Shown here one piece after another: positions 27,313 to 41,460 of a DNA stretch of 64,000 nt. The stretch lies in the NCBI RefSeq assembly GCF_009914755.1, contig NC_060934.1, one strand, 5' to 3'. The translations under genes were made by a program, and so were the position numbers. Position 1 is the stretch's first letter. The number at the start of each line of letters is the position of its first letter. Under the pieces are notes generated by a model that saw only the letters and a list, made by a program, of their open reading frames with translations, did no database searches and was not told where the DNA came from. This DNA is from the human T2T-CHM13v2.0 reference genome, Homo sapiens.

Positions 27313-30178
27313 CATTTCCACATTTTTAATGGATTGTTTGCCTTCATCTTATTGAGATTTAGAAATTCTGGACAGTTTTTTTTTCCCAAAATGGTTGACT
27401 AGAGGCATTTTAGGCAGCTCTCATCCACTTAGAGGAACCAAAATAGTGTGTAGATGATCACGCTTTGCATACATTATCTAAGAGGGAGCATGGAGAATGA
27501 ACAGATGAGTGACAGGAAATGCTAAAATGGAGGAAGAAGAAGAAAACAGACAGACTGCGTGGCCAGGACTAGTCAGGAACTGGAAGTGAATCACCAAAAT
27601 GGTTGAAGGTAATTGTCTTCCTGCAGTCCACTTTTCCTCTGTGTGATCATAAAATCTAGGCCATGGAAGAGCATTGACTTGGAGAGCAGTCCGGACACTA
27701 TAAGAAAAAACTGCTTTAGCAGGGAAATACGCCTTGGGTTTCATGTCCTTTCTGAGACCTGTGCAGCTAAAGTAAGATGTCATTCTTGATATGTCTTTTA
27801 ACTGGGCATAGTCCTGGGAACCAGTGATGCAAGTCCCAGGCATTAGGAAAACTTGGGCTGCTACTTGCAGAGCTGGGTCATGAGTGTGGCATGGGCTTCC
27901 ACAAACAGGACTGAGAACTGAGTGAGTGAGGCGTGGACTGCAGCAGCTGCTGGTGTTGGATTGGTCAATGCTTCTGGGACCTAAGCAACATGAGCATTGC
28001 CACAATTATCACAGAAACTTGGTCTTGAGCTGGGCATGGGGATGGGGGTCGGAGGGCTTCTACAGGTGCTGAGTTTGGGGCTAGGCACAAATTGCTACAT
28101 CTAACTGAACAGTCAGGTCAGCTGTGACAGCTGGAGTGAGGTGGAAAACCCCACCAGGACTGGGGCGAGAGAAGGATGTAAGTGCCCCATCCACTGGCCA
28201 AGGCTGTGACCAGTAGGACTGCTCTCACCCTCCCCATGGTAGGGCCTCAGTATAGCAATGGTGACTCCTCACCCATGCATTTCACCAGGGGCCTCAGGAT
28301 CACTCCAGTCCTTCATCATGGCTGGTGAATGCTCTCATCACTGGGGGCCTGAGCCAAGCTTGCCTGGCTTGACTCCACTCGGCATCCGCCCATCTACTAG
28401 CCTACAGCACAGTCTGCACAGCCCGTTGCAACCACTGCCAACACAAGCAGTGTTTGGGAATCAGAAGAGCATTTCGCCACCACTACTATTGGCATTGCCT
28501 ATACCACACTGGCTGCCCAGGTGTTAGAAGATTCCATTCCCCCACCTGGTATACTGCTACTATAAGTGGGATCTGAGAAAGCCACCCAGAGGACCAAGAA
28601 TTGGCATGCTTGGAATGACCAATATAGGTGCCAGCGTATGCTTCCCCAGAATGCAAGGCTAGACATGCTTAGCCCACCACCATTACCACCGAAACATAAA
28701 GATGGACCCATCTGGCTCTTCAGTTCCCTGCACAACTTAAACACAGCCCCCACCAATAAGTGCAACATAACACACCAAAGATAGCACAGATACCACTAAT
28801 GCTACTTGTAGTCAACAAAATCCTAGAGTCATCACTACTGCACATGCCTCAAAGTAAAGTCAAAGCACACTACCCAATCAACATCATAGTCAGATCTTAA
28901 GGAAAATGTCCTTCTCCCCAGTGAAAGTAAACTCAAAAATAAGAAGAAACGAATATTACATCAGATGCTCAGAAATCAATGTAATGGTACATGAAACATT
29001 AAAAGCAAAGTAATATGACACCCTCAAAGGAACACAATAATTCTCCAGCAATAGATTTTAACCAAAAAATTCTCAAAACAAGAGATAATGAATTCTGAAC
29101 ATTAATTGTAAAGAAGCTCAATGAGATGCAAGAGAATTTGAAAACCAGTACAAAGAACTCAGAAAAATCCATTCAAGATATGAATGAGAAATTTACCAAA
29201 GAAATAAATATCTTAAAACACACAACAAACAGAACTTCTGGAAATAAAAAAGAATCATTGAAGGAATTACAAAATACATTCAAAAGCTTTAGCGACAAAC
29301 TATACCAAGCAAAGTAAAGAATTTCAAAACTGGAAGACATGTCTTTTGAAATGATTCAGTCAGACAAAACAAAGAAAAAAGATTAAGAAAAAATAAACAA
29401 AGCCTTTGAGAAATTGGAGATGTCATAGAGCAACCAAATGTGCAAATTATTGATATTGCCAAGAGTGAAGAGAGATCAAAAGGCTAAGAAAACCTATTTA
29501 ACAAAATTACATATGAAAACTTCCTAAGACCTAGGCATTCAGATGCAGGAGGCTCAGAGATTCCCAGGAAAATACAATGCAGAAAGGATTTTGCCATGGC
29601 ATATCATAATCTGACTGTCTACACTTACTGTAAAAGAACAAATTTTAAAATTAGCAAGAGCAAAATGTCTAGTCCCCTATAAAGGAAAGCCCATCAGAGT
29701 AACAGCAGAATTCTCAGTAGAAACCTTACAAGCCAGAAGAGAGTGGGGTAACATATTCAAAATGCTGAAAGAAAAAAACCTGCTCTTCAAGAATATGATA
29801 TCCAGCAAGATTAACATTTATAAAGGACAAATAATGTATTTTCTAGACAAGCAAATCTGAGGGAAGTCATGATCACTAGACTGGATCTACAAGAAATGTT
29901 CAAAGGAGTCCTAAATTTGGAAGCAAAAGGACTACATTCATCACCATGAAAAGAAAGTATAAAACTCACTGGTAAAGCAATCACACAAAGGAGGAGACAA
30001 AAAAGAATCAAATGACACTACTATTGAATTCCGTAGAATCACAGAGAAAAAAAAGAAACAAAGAATTTATAAAACACCTAGAAAGCAATTAACAATATGA
30101 CAAAAAAAAATCCTCACATATTAATAATAATCTTAAATATAAGTAGATGAAATGCTTCACTTAAGAGTTAGATTGGCG

Positions 30179-30512
<334 letters not shown>

Positions 30513-33500
30513 TTATTTGTGAAGACTCGATAGACTGAAAGTAAAAGGATAGAAAAAGATATTCCATTATTCCATGCAAACGGGAACCAGAAGTGAGCAG
30601 GAGGAACTATACGTATATCAGACAAAACAGACTAAATCAAAAAATGTAAAAAAAAATTAAGGTCATTATATGATGATAAAATGATAAATTATATATGTAC
30701 TCAACAGTGGAGCACCCAGGTTTGTAAAACAAACATTAGTAGACCTAATGAGAGAGAGAGAAATCAATACAGTAAGAATGAGGGACTTCAACACCCCATT
30801 CACAGCCTTAAACAGATCATCTATACAGAAAATCAAGAAAGAAACATTGAACTTAAACTGGATTTTTGCCTAAATAGACCTAACAGACATTTACAGAACA
30901 TTCTACTCAATGACAGCAGAATACACATTATTTTCATGAACACATGAAACATTCTTCAAGATAGACCATACATTAGGCCACAAAACAAGTCTCCATAAAT
31001 TTTTAAAAATAAAAAATATATCAAGTTTCTGCACAAACCAAATGGGAATAAAACTAGAGTTCAATACCAACAAAAACATCAGAAATTATACAAATATATG
31101 CAAATTAAACAATATGCTCCTGAAGGACCATTAGTCAACAAATGAGATGGAAACTTAAAAAAAGAAACAAATGAAAATGGAAACACAATATACCAAAACC
31201 TGTGGGAAACAGCAAAAGCCATGCTAAGTTGATAACATTAAATGCCTATATCAAAAAAGTAGAAAGATACAAGTTAAAAATCTAATGATGCATGTCAAAG
31301 AACTAGAAATACAATAACAAAACACCAAAAATTAACAAAAGAAAATAAATAACAGAGCAGAATTAAGTGAAATAGAGACCAAAAAACAACATAAAGTGTC
31401 AATGAAATGAAAAATTGATTCTTCAAAAGATAAAATTGATACACTGCTAGCTATACTAAAAAAGAAAAGAGAGAAGACCCAAATAAATTCAGAAATCAAA
31501 AACAAGACATTAGAAGGGATACTACAGAAATATAAAAGATTATGAGAGGTTATTATGAACAACTGTAAATTCATGAACCAGAAAACTTAGAGGAAACAGA
31601 TACATTCCTGGAAACATACAACCTCCCAAGATTGAGCAAGAAAGAAATTGAAAACCTGGACAGACTAATGGTAAGTAGTTCAGGACCAGATGGATTCACA
31701 GTCAAATTCTATAAAACATACAAAGAAGAACTAATACCAATCTTCCCAAAACTGTTCCAAAAAATAGAGGACAGAAATCTTCCTAATTCATCCTACAAGG
31801 CCAATATCATTCTGATACCCAAACCAGAGACACACACAAAAGCAAACTACAGACTAGTATTACTGATGAACATAAATGCAAACATTCTCAACAAAATACT
31901 AGCAAACTGAATCCAACAGCACATTAAAAAGATAATCCTATGATCAAGTAGGTTTTATACCAGGGATACAAGGACAGTTCAATACGCATGAATCAGTAAA
32001 TGTGATACATCACATTAACGAAATGGAAAACAAAAACCATATAATGTGCCAAAAGATGCAGAAAAGCATTTGATACAATTCAGCATCCTTTCATGAAAAA
32101 AAGCCTCAATGAACTAGGCAAAAGAGGAACATACCTCAAAATAATAAATGCCATATATGACAGCCCCACAGCCAACATCATATAGAATGGGGAAAAGTTG
32201 AAAGCATTTCCTCTAAGAACTGAAACAAGATAAGGATGCTCACTTTCAACACCTCTATTCAACTTAATCCCAGAGATCCTAGCCAGAGCAATCAGGCAAG
32301 AGAAGGAAAGAAAAGTTTTAAAATTGGAAATGAGAAAGTCAAATTATGCCTGTTCCCTGATGACATAATCTTATATCTGGAAACACCTAAAGGCCTCATC
32401 CCATCAAAAAACTCATAGATTTGATAAATGAATGTATTAAAGTTGCAGGATATGAAATCAATGTATAACCGTCAGTAGCATTTCTATAGACCAATAATGA
32501 TCTAGCTAAAACAAATTCAAGCTGGCAATCCCATTTACAATATCTACAAAAAAATAAAATTCCTAAGAATGAATGTAACCAAAGAAGGGAAAGATCTGTA
32601 CAATAAAAACTACAAAAATCTACGAGAAAAACTACAAAAAAAACTACAAGGAAAAACCACAAAAATCTACAAAAGAAATTGTAGGCAACATAAAGAAATG
32701 GAAAAAAAATCCAATGTCCACGGATTAGAAGAATTAATATGGTTAACATGACCGTACTGCCCAAAGTAATCTACAGATTCAATATAATCCCTATCAAAAT
32801 GCCAATATCATTTTTTATAGAATGGGAAGATAAAATACTAAAATTTATATGGAACCAAAGAATAACCCAAATAACCAAAGCAATCCTAATCAAAAGAAAC
32901 AAAGATGGAAGTAACACATTACCCGACTTTAAGATATATCACAAGGCTGTAGCAACCAAAACAACATGGTACTGGTATAAAAATGGACAAATACATCAAT
33001 TGAACAGAATAGAAAACCCAGAACAAATCCACATATTTATAGCCAATGGGTCTTTGACAAATCCACCAGAAACATACTTCGGGGAATGGATAAACTTTTC
33101 AACAAATGGTGCTGAGAAAACTGGATTGCCACATGCAGAAGAATGAAAGTTGACTCCTATCTCCTACCCTATTAAAAAATCAACTCAAGGTGAATTAAAG
33201 ACATATATATAAGACCTGAAGCTATAAAACTACTAGAAGAACCCCTACAGAAAACTTTTCTAGACGTTGATCTAGGCAAAAAAGTATATGATTGAAACCT
33301 CAAAAGCATAGGCAACAAAGGCAAAAACAGACAAATGGGACTTAATTAAACTAAGAAAGCTTCTGTATAGCAAAATAAATAATCAACAGAGTGAACAGGC
33401 AACCTGCAGAATGTGATACAATATTTGCAGTCTATTCATCCAAAAGGGGACTAATATACAAAATGTAAAAGAAACTCAAACAACTCAACAACAACAAAAA

Positions 33501-33679
33501 CAGACTTCACCAATAATATTAAAAAGTGGGCAAAAGACATGAATAGGCATTTTTCAAAAGAAGACATATCAAGATGAACTGTTATATTTAAAAAATGATC
33601 AACATCATTAATTATCAAAGAAATTCAAATAAAAACTTCAATGAGATATCATCTTACCCAAATCAGAATGACTATTTTT

Positions 33680-36600
33680 TTAATTTTTAAATTATTATTC
33701 TTTTTAATTTTGTGGGTACATAGTAGGTATATATATTTATGGGGTACAAGAGATGTTTGGATACAGGCATGCAATGTGAAATAGAACATCATGGAGAATG
33801 GGGTATTCATCCCCTCAGGCATTTATCCTTTGAGTTACAAACAATCCAATTATTCTTTAAGTTATTTTAAAATATAATATTAAGCTATTGTTGACCACAC
33901 TCACCCCACTGTGCCATCAAATAGTAGGTCTTATTCACTCTTTCAATTTATTTGTATCCATTAACCATCCCCAACTCCCACAATCCCCCACTACCCTTCC
34001 CAGCTTCTGGTAACCATGCTTCTACTCTGTTTGTCCATGAGTTCAATTTATTTGATTTTTATAATTTGATTGTTATATCCCACAAATAAGCGAGAATGTG
34101 TGATGTTTGTCTTTCTATGCATAGCTTATTTCACCTAACATAATGATCTCCAGTTCCATCTAAGTTGTTGCAAATGATTCAATCTCATTATTTTTTATGA
34201 CTGAATAGTACTCCATTACACGTGCACTCCTTAGGCATGGTGCACCATTATGTACCACATTTTTTTACCAATTTATTTCTTGATGGACAGTTAGGTTACT
34301 TTCAAATCTTAGCTACTGTAAACAGTGCTGCAGCAAATATAGGAGTGCATATATCTCTTTGATATATGAAGCTTTTTTCTTTGGGTTATAATTCCAGCGG
34401 TGGGATTGCTGGATCATATGGTAGCTCAACTTTTAGTTTTTTGAGGAACCTCCAAATGGTTCTCTGTAGTGGTTGTAATAACTTACATTCCCACCAACAG
34501 TGGACAAGAGTTTCTTTTTCTCCACATACTCACCAGCATTTGTTATTGCTTGTCTTTTGGGTATAAGCCATTTTAACTGGGGTGAGATGGTATCTCATTA
34601 TAGTTTTGATTCACGTTTCTCTGATAATCAATGATGTTGAACACCTCGTCTTCTTTAGAGAGATGTCTTTTCAAATCTTTTACCCATTTTTATTAGATTA
34701 TTAGATTTTTTTTTCCTAGAGTTGTTTGAGCTCCCTATATATTCTGGTCATTAATCCCTTTTCTGAGGAGTAGTTTGCAAATATTTTCTCCTATTCTGTG
34801 GGCTGTCTCTTCACTTTGTTGATTGTCTTATTTGCTGTGTAGAAGCTTTTTAACTTGGAGTGATCCCATTTATCCACATTTGCTTTGGTAGCCTGTGCTT
34901 GTGGGGCATTGCTCAATAAATCTTTGCCTGGAAAAATGTTCTGGAGACTTTTTGCAATGTTTTCTTGTAGTAGTTTTATAGGTTTAGGTCTTGGATTTAA
35001 GTCTTTAATCCATTTAGATTTGATTTTTGTATATGGCAAGACAGAGGGGTCTGGTTCCATTTTTTTGTATATGAATATCCAGTTTTCCCAGCACCGTTTA
35101 TTGAAGAGACTGTCTTTTCTCCAGTGTATGTTCTTGGCATCTTTGTCAAAAATAGTTTTACTATATGTGTGTGGATTTGTTTCTAGGTTTTCTTTTTCTG
35201 TTTCATTGGTCTATTTGCCTGTTTTTATGCCACTGCCATGCTGTTTTGGTTGCTATAGTTCTGTAGTTTAATTTGAAAACAGATAATGTGATTTCTTCAG
35301 TTTTGTTCTTTTTGCCTAGGATAGCGTTGGCTGTTCTGGGTCTTTTCTGGTTTCCTATGAATTTTAGGATTTTTTTTCTATTTATATGAAGAATGTCATT
35401 GGTCTTTTGATAGGGATTGGATGGAATCTGTATTTTGCTTTGGGTAGGATGCACTTTTTAACAATATTGATTCTTCCAATCCACGAACATGAAATAATGA
35501 AATATTTTTCCATTTTTTAGTGTCCTCTTCAATTTTCTTCTTCAGCTTTTTATAGTTTTCATTATAGAAATATTTCATCTCTGGTTAATTCCTAGGTATT
35601 TAATTTTATGTGTGGTTATTGTAAATGGGATTACTTTTTAATTTCTTTTTTACATTGTTCACTATTGCCATATAGAAATGAGACTGCTTTTTATATGTTG
35701 ATTTTGTATCCTGAAACTTTACTGAATTTGTTTATCAGTTGTAATAGTTTTCCTGGGGAGTCTTTAGATTTTTTCACATATAAGACAGTATCATCAGCAA
35801 ACAAGAATAATTTGACTTCTTCCTTTCCAATTTGGATGCCCTTTACATGTTTCTTGTCTGAGTGTTCTAGTTAGGATTTTCAGTGCTATGTTGAATAACA
35901 GTAGTGACAATAGGCATCCTATTGTTCATATCTTAGAGGAAAGTTTTTCATTTTTTCCTCATTCAGTATGATACTAACTGTGGGTCTGTCACATATGGCT
36001 TTTATGATGATAATTATTATTATGTTCCTTCTGTACACAATTTTTGAGGGGTTTTATCATGAAGGGATGTTGAACTTTATAAAAGGCTTTTTAGCATCAA
36101 TTGAAATTATCATTTTTTTACCTAATTATTTTGGTATGATGTATCACATTGATTGATTGGCATATGTTGAACCATCCTTGCATCCCAGGAATAAATCCCA
36201 TTTGGTCATGATGAATGATCCTTCTAATGTATTGCTGAATTCAGTTTGCTAGTATTTTGTTGAGCCAAAATTCATCAGAGATACTGGCTTGTAATTTTCT
36301 TTCTTTTTTCATTCTTTTTTTTTTATGTGTCTTTGTCTCATTTTAGTAGCAGGATAATACTGGCCTCATAGAATGAGTTTGAAAGTATTTCAGCCTCCTC
36401 TGTTTTTCAGAATAGTTTGAGTAACATTGGTATTACTTCTTTAAATGTTTGGTAGAATTCAGCAATGAAGCCATAGGTTCTGGGCTTTTCTTTACTGTGA
36501 GACTTTTTATTATGGCTTTGATCTTGTTATTGGTCTTTTCAGGTTTGGGGTTTCTTCCTGGTTCACTCTGATAGCTTGTATGTATCTAGAAATTTGTCCA

Positions 36601-37497
36601 TTTCTTCTATATTTTTCAATTCATTTGCATTTAGTTACTCATAGTAATACTTATGATCCTATGAATTTCTGCAGTATCAATTGTAATGTTTCCTTTTTCA
36701 TTTCTGATTTTATTTATTTGGCTCTTCTCTCTTTTTCTCCTTAGTTTGGCTAAAGGTTTGTCAATTTTGTTTAACTTTTCAAAAAAAACTTGTTTTTTTT
36801 AATTCTATTTCACTTATTTCTGCTTTGATATTTATCATTTCTTTTTTCTACTTATTTTGGGTTTGGTTTGCTCTTCCTTTTCTAGTTCTTTAAGATGCAT
36901 CATGCAATTGTTTATTTGAAGTTTTTCCTCTTTTTTGATGTAGGCATTTATAGCTATAAATTCCTCTGAGCACTGCCTTTGGTATCCCATAGTTTTTGGT
37001 GTGTTGTGTTTCTATTATCACTTGTTTCAAGAAATTTTTCATTTTCCTTCTTAATTTCTTTATTGACCCACTGGTCATTCAGGAGCATATTGTTTAATTT
37101 CCATGTATTTGAATAGCCTCTATAATTCTTCTTGTTATTAATTTCCAGTTTTATTCCTTTGTGGTCAGAGAATATGCTTGATATTATTTTAGTGTTTTTG
37201 AATGCTTTAAGGTTTGTTTTGTGACCTAACATATAGTCTGCCCTTAAGAATGATCCATGTGAAAGGAAAATATTGTATATTCTGCAGCTCTTGGATGAAA
37301 TCTCTATTAGATTCATTTTGTCTGTAGTGCAGATTAAGTCTGATATTTCTGTGTTGATATTTTTTGTCTGGAAGATCTGTCCAAAACTGAAAGTGAGGTG
37401 TTAAAGTCTCCAGCTATTACTGTATAGGGGCCTACCTCTCTCTTTAGCTCTAATAAGTAGTGGAACTTTTTATTCTGCCATCTTTATCTGCCCTCTC
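33680..37497 (-). mobile_element. L1MA2/3-like element nested antisense in the L1MA ORF2 3' end
   Basis: Antisense 3' end 'tttgtgggtacatagtaggtatatatatttatggggtac'; minus-strand ORF2 remnants ([23 protein letters not shown]); degenerate TSD cagaatgactattttt (33664-33679) / cagaagaattattttt (37498-37513), 13/16. Confidence 0.9.
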
Positions 37498-38646
37498 CAG
37501 AAGAATTATTTTTAAAGAGACAGAAAATAGAAAATAACAGATGTTGGCAAGGATGCAGAAAAAAGGTTGTTCTTATTCACTATTTGTGGGAAGATAAATT
37601 AGTACAACGTCCTTGGAAAACAGTATGGAGATTTCTCAGAGAGCTAAAAGCAGACCTATTATTTCATCCAGCAATCCCACTACTAAGTATCTACCCAATG
37701 AAAAAAAAATCAGCATATCAAAAGATACCTGTACCCATATGTTTATCACAGCATTAGTCACAATAGCAAAGATATGGAATCAGTCTTATTGTCTATCAAT
37801 GGATGATTGGATAAATAATATGTGCTATGTGTATGCCATCAAATACTACTCAGCTATAAAAAGAATAAAATCATGTCTTTTGCAGCATCATGAATGGAAC
37901 TGGAGGCCATGATCTGAGTGAAACAAGCCAGGCACAGAAAGTCAAATATCACATTTTCTCACTAACAAGTATGTGCTAAAAAATGTGTACATGTGAGTGT
38001 AGACAGTAGAACAATAGAAAATGGAGACACAGAAGGGTGAGGAGGTGGAAGGGGGAATGGATGATGAGAAATTACCTAATAGGTACAATGTACCTTATTC
38101 AGGTGATGGACACTAAAAAGCCCTGACTTAACAATTTCACAATATTTGCATGCAACAAAATTGCACTTGTACCCCATCAATTTATACAAAAAATAAATAA
38201 AAACATGTTTTCAAAAATATAGAAAGTCTAGTACAAAGTTCTATCCCGGATATATTTTTGCGAGTACTTTCTCCCACAGCATGGCTTATCTTTTAATTTC
38301 CTTAGCTTCTTTTGAAGAGATAATTTTTAACTTTGATGATGTCTAATTTTTCTTTTTTCCTTTAATGCTTTATGACTTTCGTGTCTTATCTAATAAATCT
38401 TTGCCAAACCTATAGTGACAAATAATCTGTTCAATAATTTCTTCTAGAAATTGTATAGTTTAGTTTTTGTGTAGGACTACAGTTTTTTCTCAGTAAATTT
38501 TTAAAATATATGTTGTAAAGTTTGAGTTTATTTACATATAGATATGTGCTACACGGCACGGTGTATAAAAAGATTTTTCTTTACCTTTTGAATTACCTTG
38601 GAATATTTGTTTAAACCTAATTGGATATATAAAAGGAGGGTGAAGC

Positions 38647-38688
38647 AGAGAGAGAGAGAGAAAAAGAGAGAGAGAAAAAGAGAGAGAA
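38647..38688. repeat. (GA)n/A-rich simple repeat
   Basis: agagagagag-aaaa units. Confidence 0.85.
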
Positions 38689-38805
38689 ACCACTATATCT
38701 CACTGACCTAAAATTTATTTTTATTCCAATATCATAGTACTTTGTTGACTGTAGTTTATTTAACTATAGCTTTGAAATTAGACATTTTGAGTCCTCTAGC
38801 TTTAT

Positions 38806-38896
38806 ACTTTTTAATTAATTAATTTAAATTGACAATAAATAACATGTACTTATTGTGTACCACATGACGTTTTGAAATATGTATACATATGGAATG
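38806..38896 (-). mobile_element. Tiny 5'-truncated L1MA 3' end (about 90 bp)
   Basis: 'aattgacaataaataacatgtacttattgtgtaccacatgacgttttgaaatatgtataca'; TSD cctctagctttat (38793-38805) / cctctggctttat (38897-38909). Confidence 0.8.
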
Positions 38897-40384
38897 CCTC
38901 TGGCTTTATTGTTTTTGAAAAATTGTCTTGCCAATTCTAGGACCTTTTGTATTTGTAATATCAATTAAATTTTGTATTTATAATGTCATTATAAAAATCA
39001 GTTTCTACCAGGAAAATAGATTGCTGTAACTTAGACTGGGGAATGCACTGAACCAGTAGATAACTTTGAAGAGAACTGATATCTTCACAATACTGAGTTT
39101 TCTGATCCATAAACAAGGTGAATGATTCAAGTTATTTAGGTCTTTAATTTTTTCAGCAATAACTGTTTGTATATAGATATACAAAAATTGTATGCATATT
39201 TGTCTTAAAACCTCTACAATTGCTAAGCTTGCTTATCTTAGACTAACTAGAAATCTATCAATTTCATTGATATCTTCAAAATCAACTTTTTGTTTGAATT
39301 GCTCTCTTCTTTTTCTCTGCTTTTCATTTTATTGATTGTTTTCTGCTTTGGGGATCACCTTAAAATGACAACTTAGACCATTCTTTGGAGAACGTTTCTT
39401 CTTTTCTATTAAAAACATTTAAAACTGTAAATTTCTCTGAAGCACTGTTTTAACATAATTTGATATATTTTCATTTTCATTCAGTTGTGATTTCTTTATC
39501 CAATACAAAGAAGAATGTGAAATAATTTCAAAATATTTGGGGTCTTCCTCCTATCTGGCATTGATTCCTAATTTAATTTTGTTTTAGTTAGAGTACATAC
39601 CATGATTTACTTCAATACTTTACACTTTTTGAAATGTGTTTTATTATTCATCATATGCTCTCTTTTAATGAATGGTCCAAGTGCATATGAAAATAATATG
39701 CATTTTGCTATTGTGTGAGTGTTCTATAAATATGAATTAGGTCAAGTTGGTTTATAAAATTAAACCTTCTATATCCTTATTGATTTCCTATATTTTCTGT
39801 GTGTGCATGCAGTCTACTTTCCCCACTAGGTCACCTTCCAGTGACAGATCACCACCTTGTTCATATGCAATACCTGTTTCTTAGACTGGAGTTTCCAGGT
39901 TCTGTCATTATTTATCCCTCTAATATTTTCACCCTGCAAACCTGTGCTACTGTTGGTTTATGGTAGGTGACAGGTGCCTTCTCAGGTCTCCTGCTCTGCC
40001 CTGAATTGTTCATAAATATTTGGTGGTGGCCCATGGAAAAGACCCTTCTGGGACACACAGATTTTTTTAACTGTCATACTGCCTTCATTTGACCTTTAAG
40101 AATTTGTAAACATTTCAGTTGTTCTGTTTCTATTGCTTTGAAGGCTGCCACATCTCCTTCCATACTCTCTCTAAAATAAAAGAATTTGTCTTTTTAATCC
40201 TTGAAGGGACTTCTTACACTTTGGGATTCAGTCTACCCAGTTGCCTTAGAACATCAGCTCTCTGACAGGCTCAAAGTTATCACGTCCAACAGCTGGCTTT
40301 TCTTGTTCAGAGGCTTGAGAGTAATATTCTTGCAGTTTTCTTCATCCTAAGTGGAAGTAGAACATTGAATCAAATTTAAAAGTA

Positions 40385-40500
40385 CTATTATGACTTCTTT
40401 GTAGATGAAGAATCTGTAATTGAGAAAGACTGAATGACTTGATTAAGGTCACACAGCTGAGAGGTGGCAGAACCTGGAGTCAGACAAAGTTCCAAAGTTC
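40385..40500 (-). mobile_element. MIR
   Basis: 'ttgtagatgaagaatctg...tgacttgattaaggtcacacagctgagaggtggcagaacctgga'. Confidence 0.75.
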
Positions 40501-41376
40501 ATATTAGACAATATTTGTGGATAAAATACTAAAAAATGTAAACAGCACTAATAAAACCATGACATTTTAGGCTGTTATGGCTATTAATAAAATCAACCAT
40601 AATTGACAGCAATTTACAGTATCTAAAGTAATGTAAAACTCACCATATGATTATTCACAATGATACATAACAGTTGGATATTATTATCATCACTACTAAC
40701 AAAAGGAAGAAAAAGGCTCAAAATGTTTAAACATACTCTCCATGGATATACACCAAATTTATAGTAGTTATAAGACTCAAACATGCCTTTTTAAAAGCTA
40801 CCTCCTACTTGAAGGATCAAATACGCCTTTTTGACTTGCAAGCACATGCTGTATTACATTAGGAAAAATGTTATATACATGTAAATGAAGGTAATTGATT
40901 CTTTCCATTCTCTAGGTTCCTAGATCCTTCCCAACTGGACTCCAGATGAACAGAGACTCAAAATATCTCTGCTCTTACATTATTTATGGAGTAGAAATTC
41001 TACCTTCCTACATTTCCAACACAACGTTGTTGTAACTTCTTATGGCACATTCACTTAAACTTGGTATCTCTAAATTAAATTGACTCTTTAAAATGCATTT
41101 ATTCTCTTGTCAAATGTGTTGACAATATAATATATTGCAATGACTAAAAGAATGACTGTAGGGGAAAATCTTGATTCAAGACCTTCCTAAATGTGCAAAC
41201 TTAAATGTTCCTTTACATTTCTGACATTCTGTTTTATTATCTTTTAAACTTCTTATAAGATGAACTGCTTCATAGGATTGTTATTATTTTTGGATGAGCT
41301 TTATAGAACAAAACATGCTGTATTAGTGCTAATAAGTTAATATCTTTGTCTTTCTTTAACCATCTTCAAATGATAG

Positions 41377-41460
41377 GGTGGCAATTGCTGAGGTCAAAGA
41401 GGGGCTTAATTGATGCTGTCTTCATTCTCTCTAAATGATGATAAGCCTGAAAAGAGTTCT
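41377..41460 (+). other. Candidate 84-nt non-coding exon
   Basis: Pyrimidine tract then tag at 41374-41376; donor TCT|GTAAGT at 41461; stops in all frames. Confidence 0.3.

Noticed and set aside
27478-28784. Cluster of 72-175 aa ORFs in a GC-richer island
   Set aside because: It lies in the L1MA 5'UTR, where higher GC lowers stop-codon density; no protein similarity recognised and CpGs are depleted.
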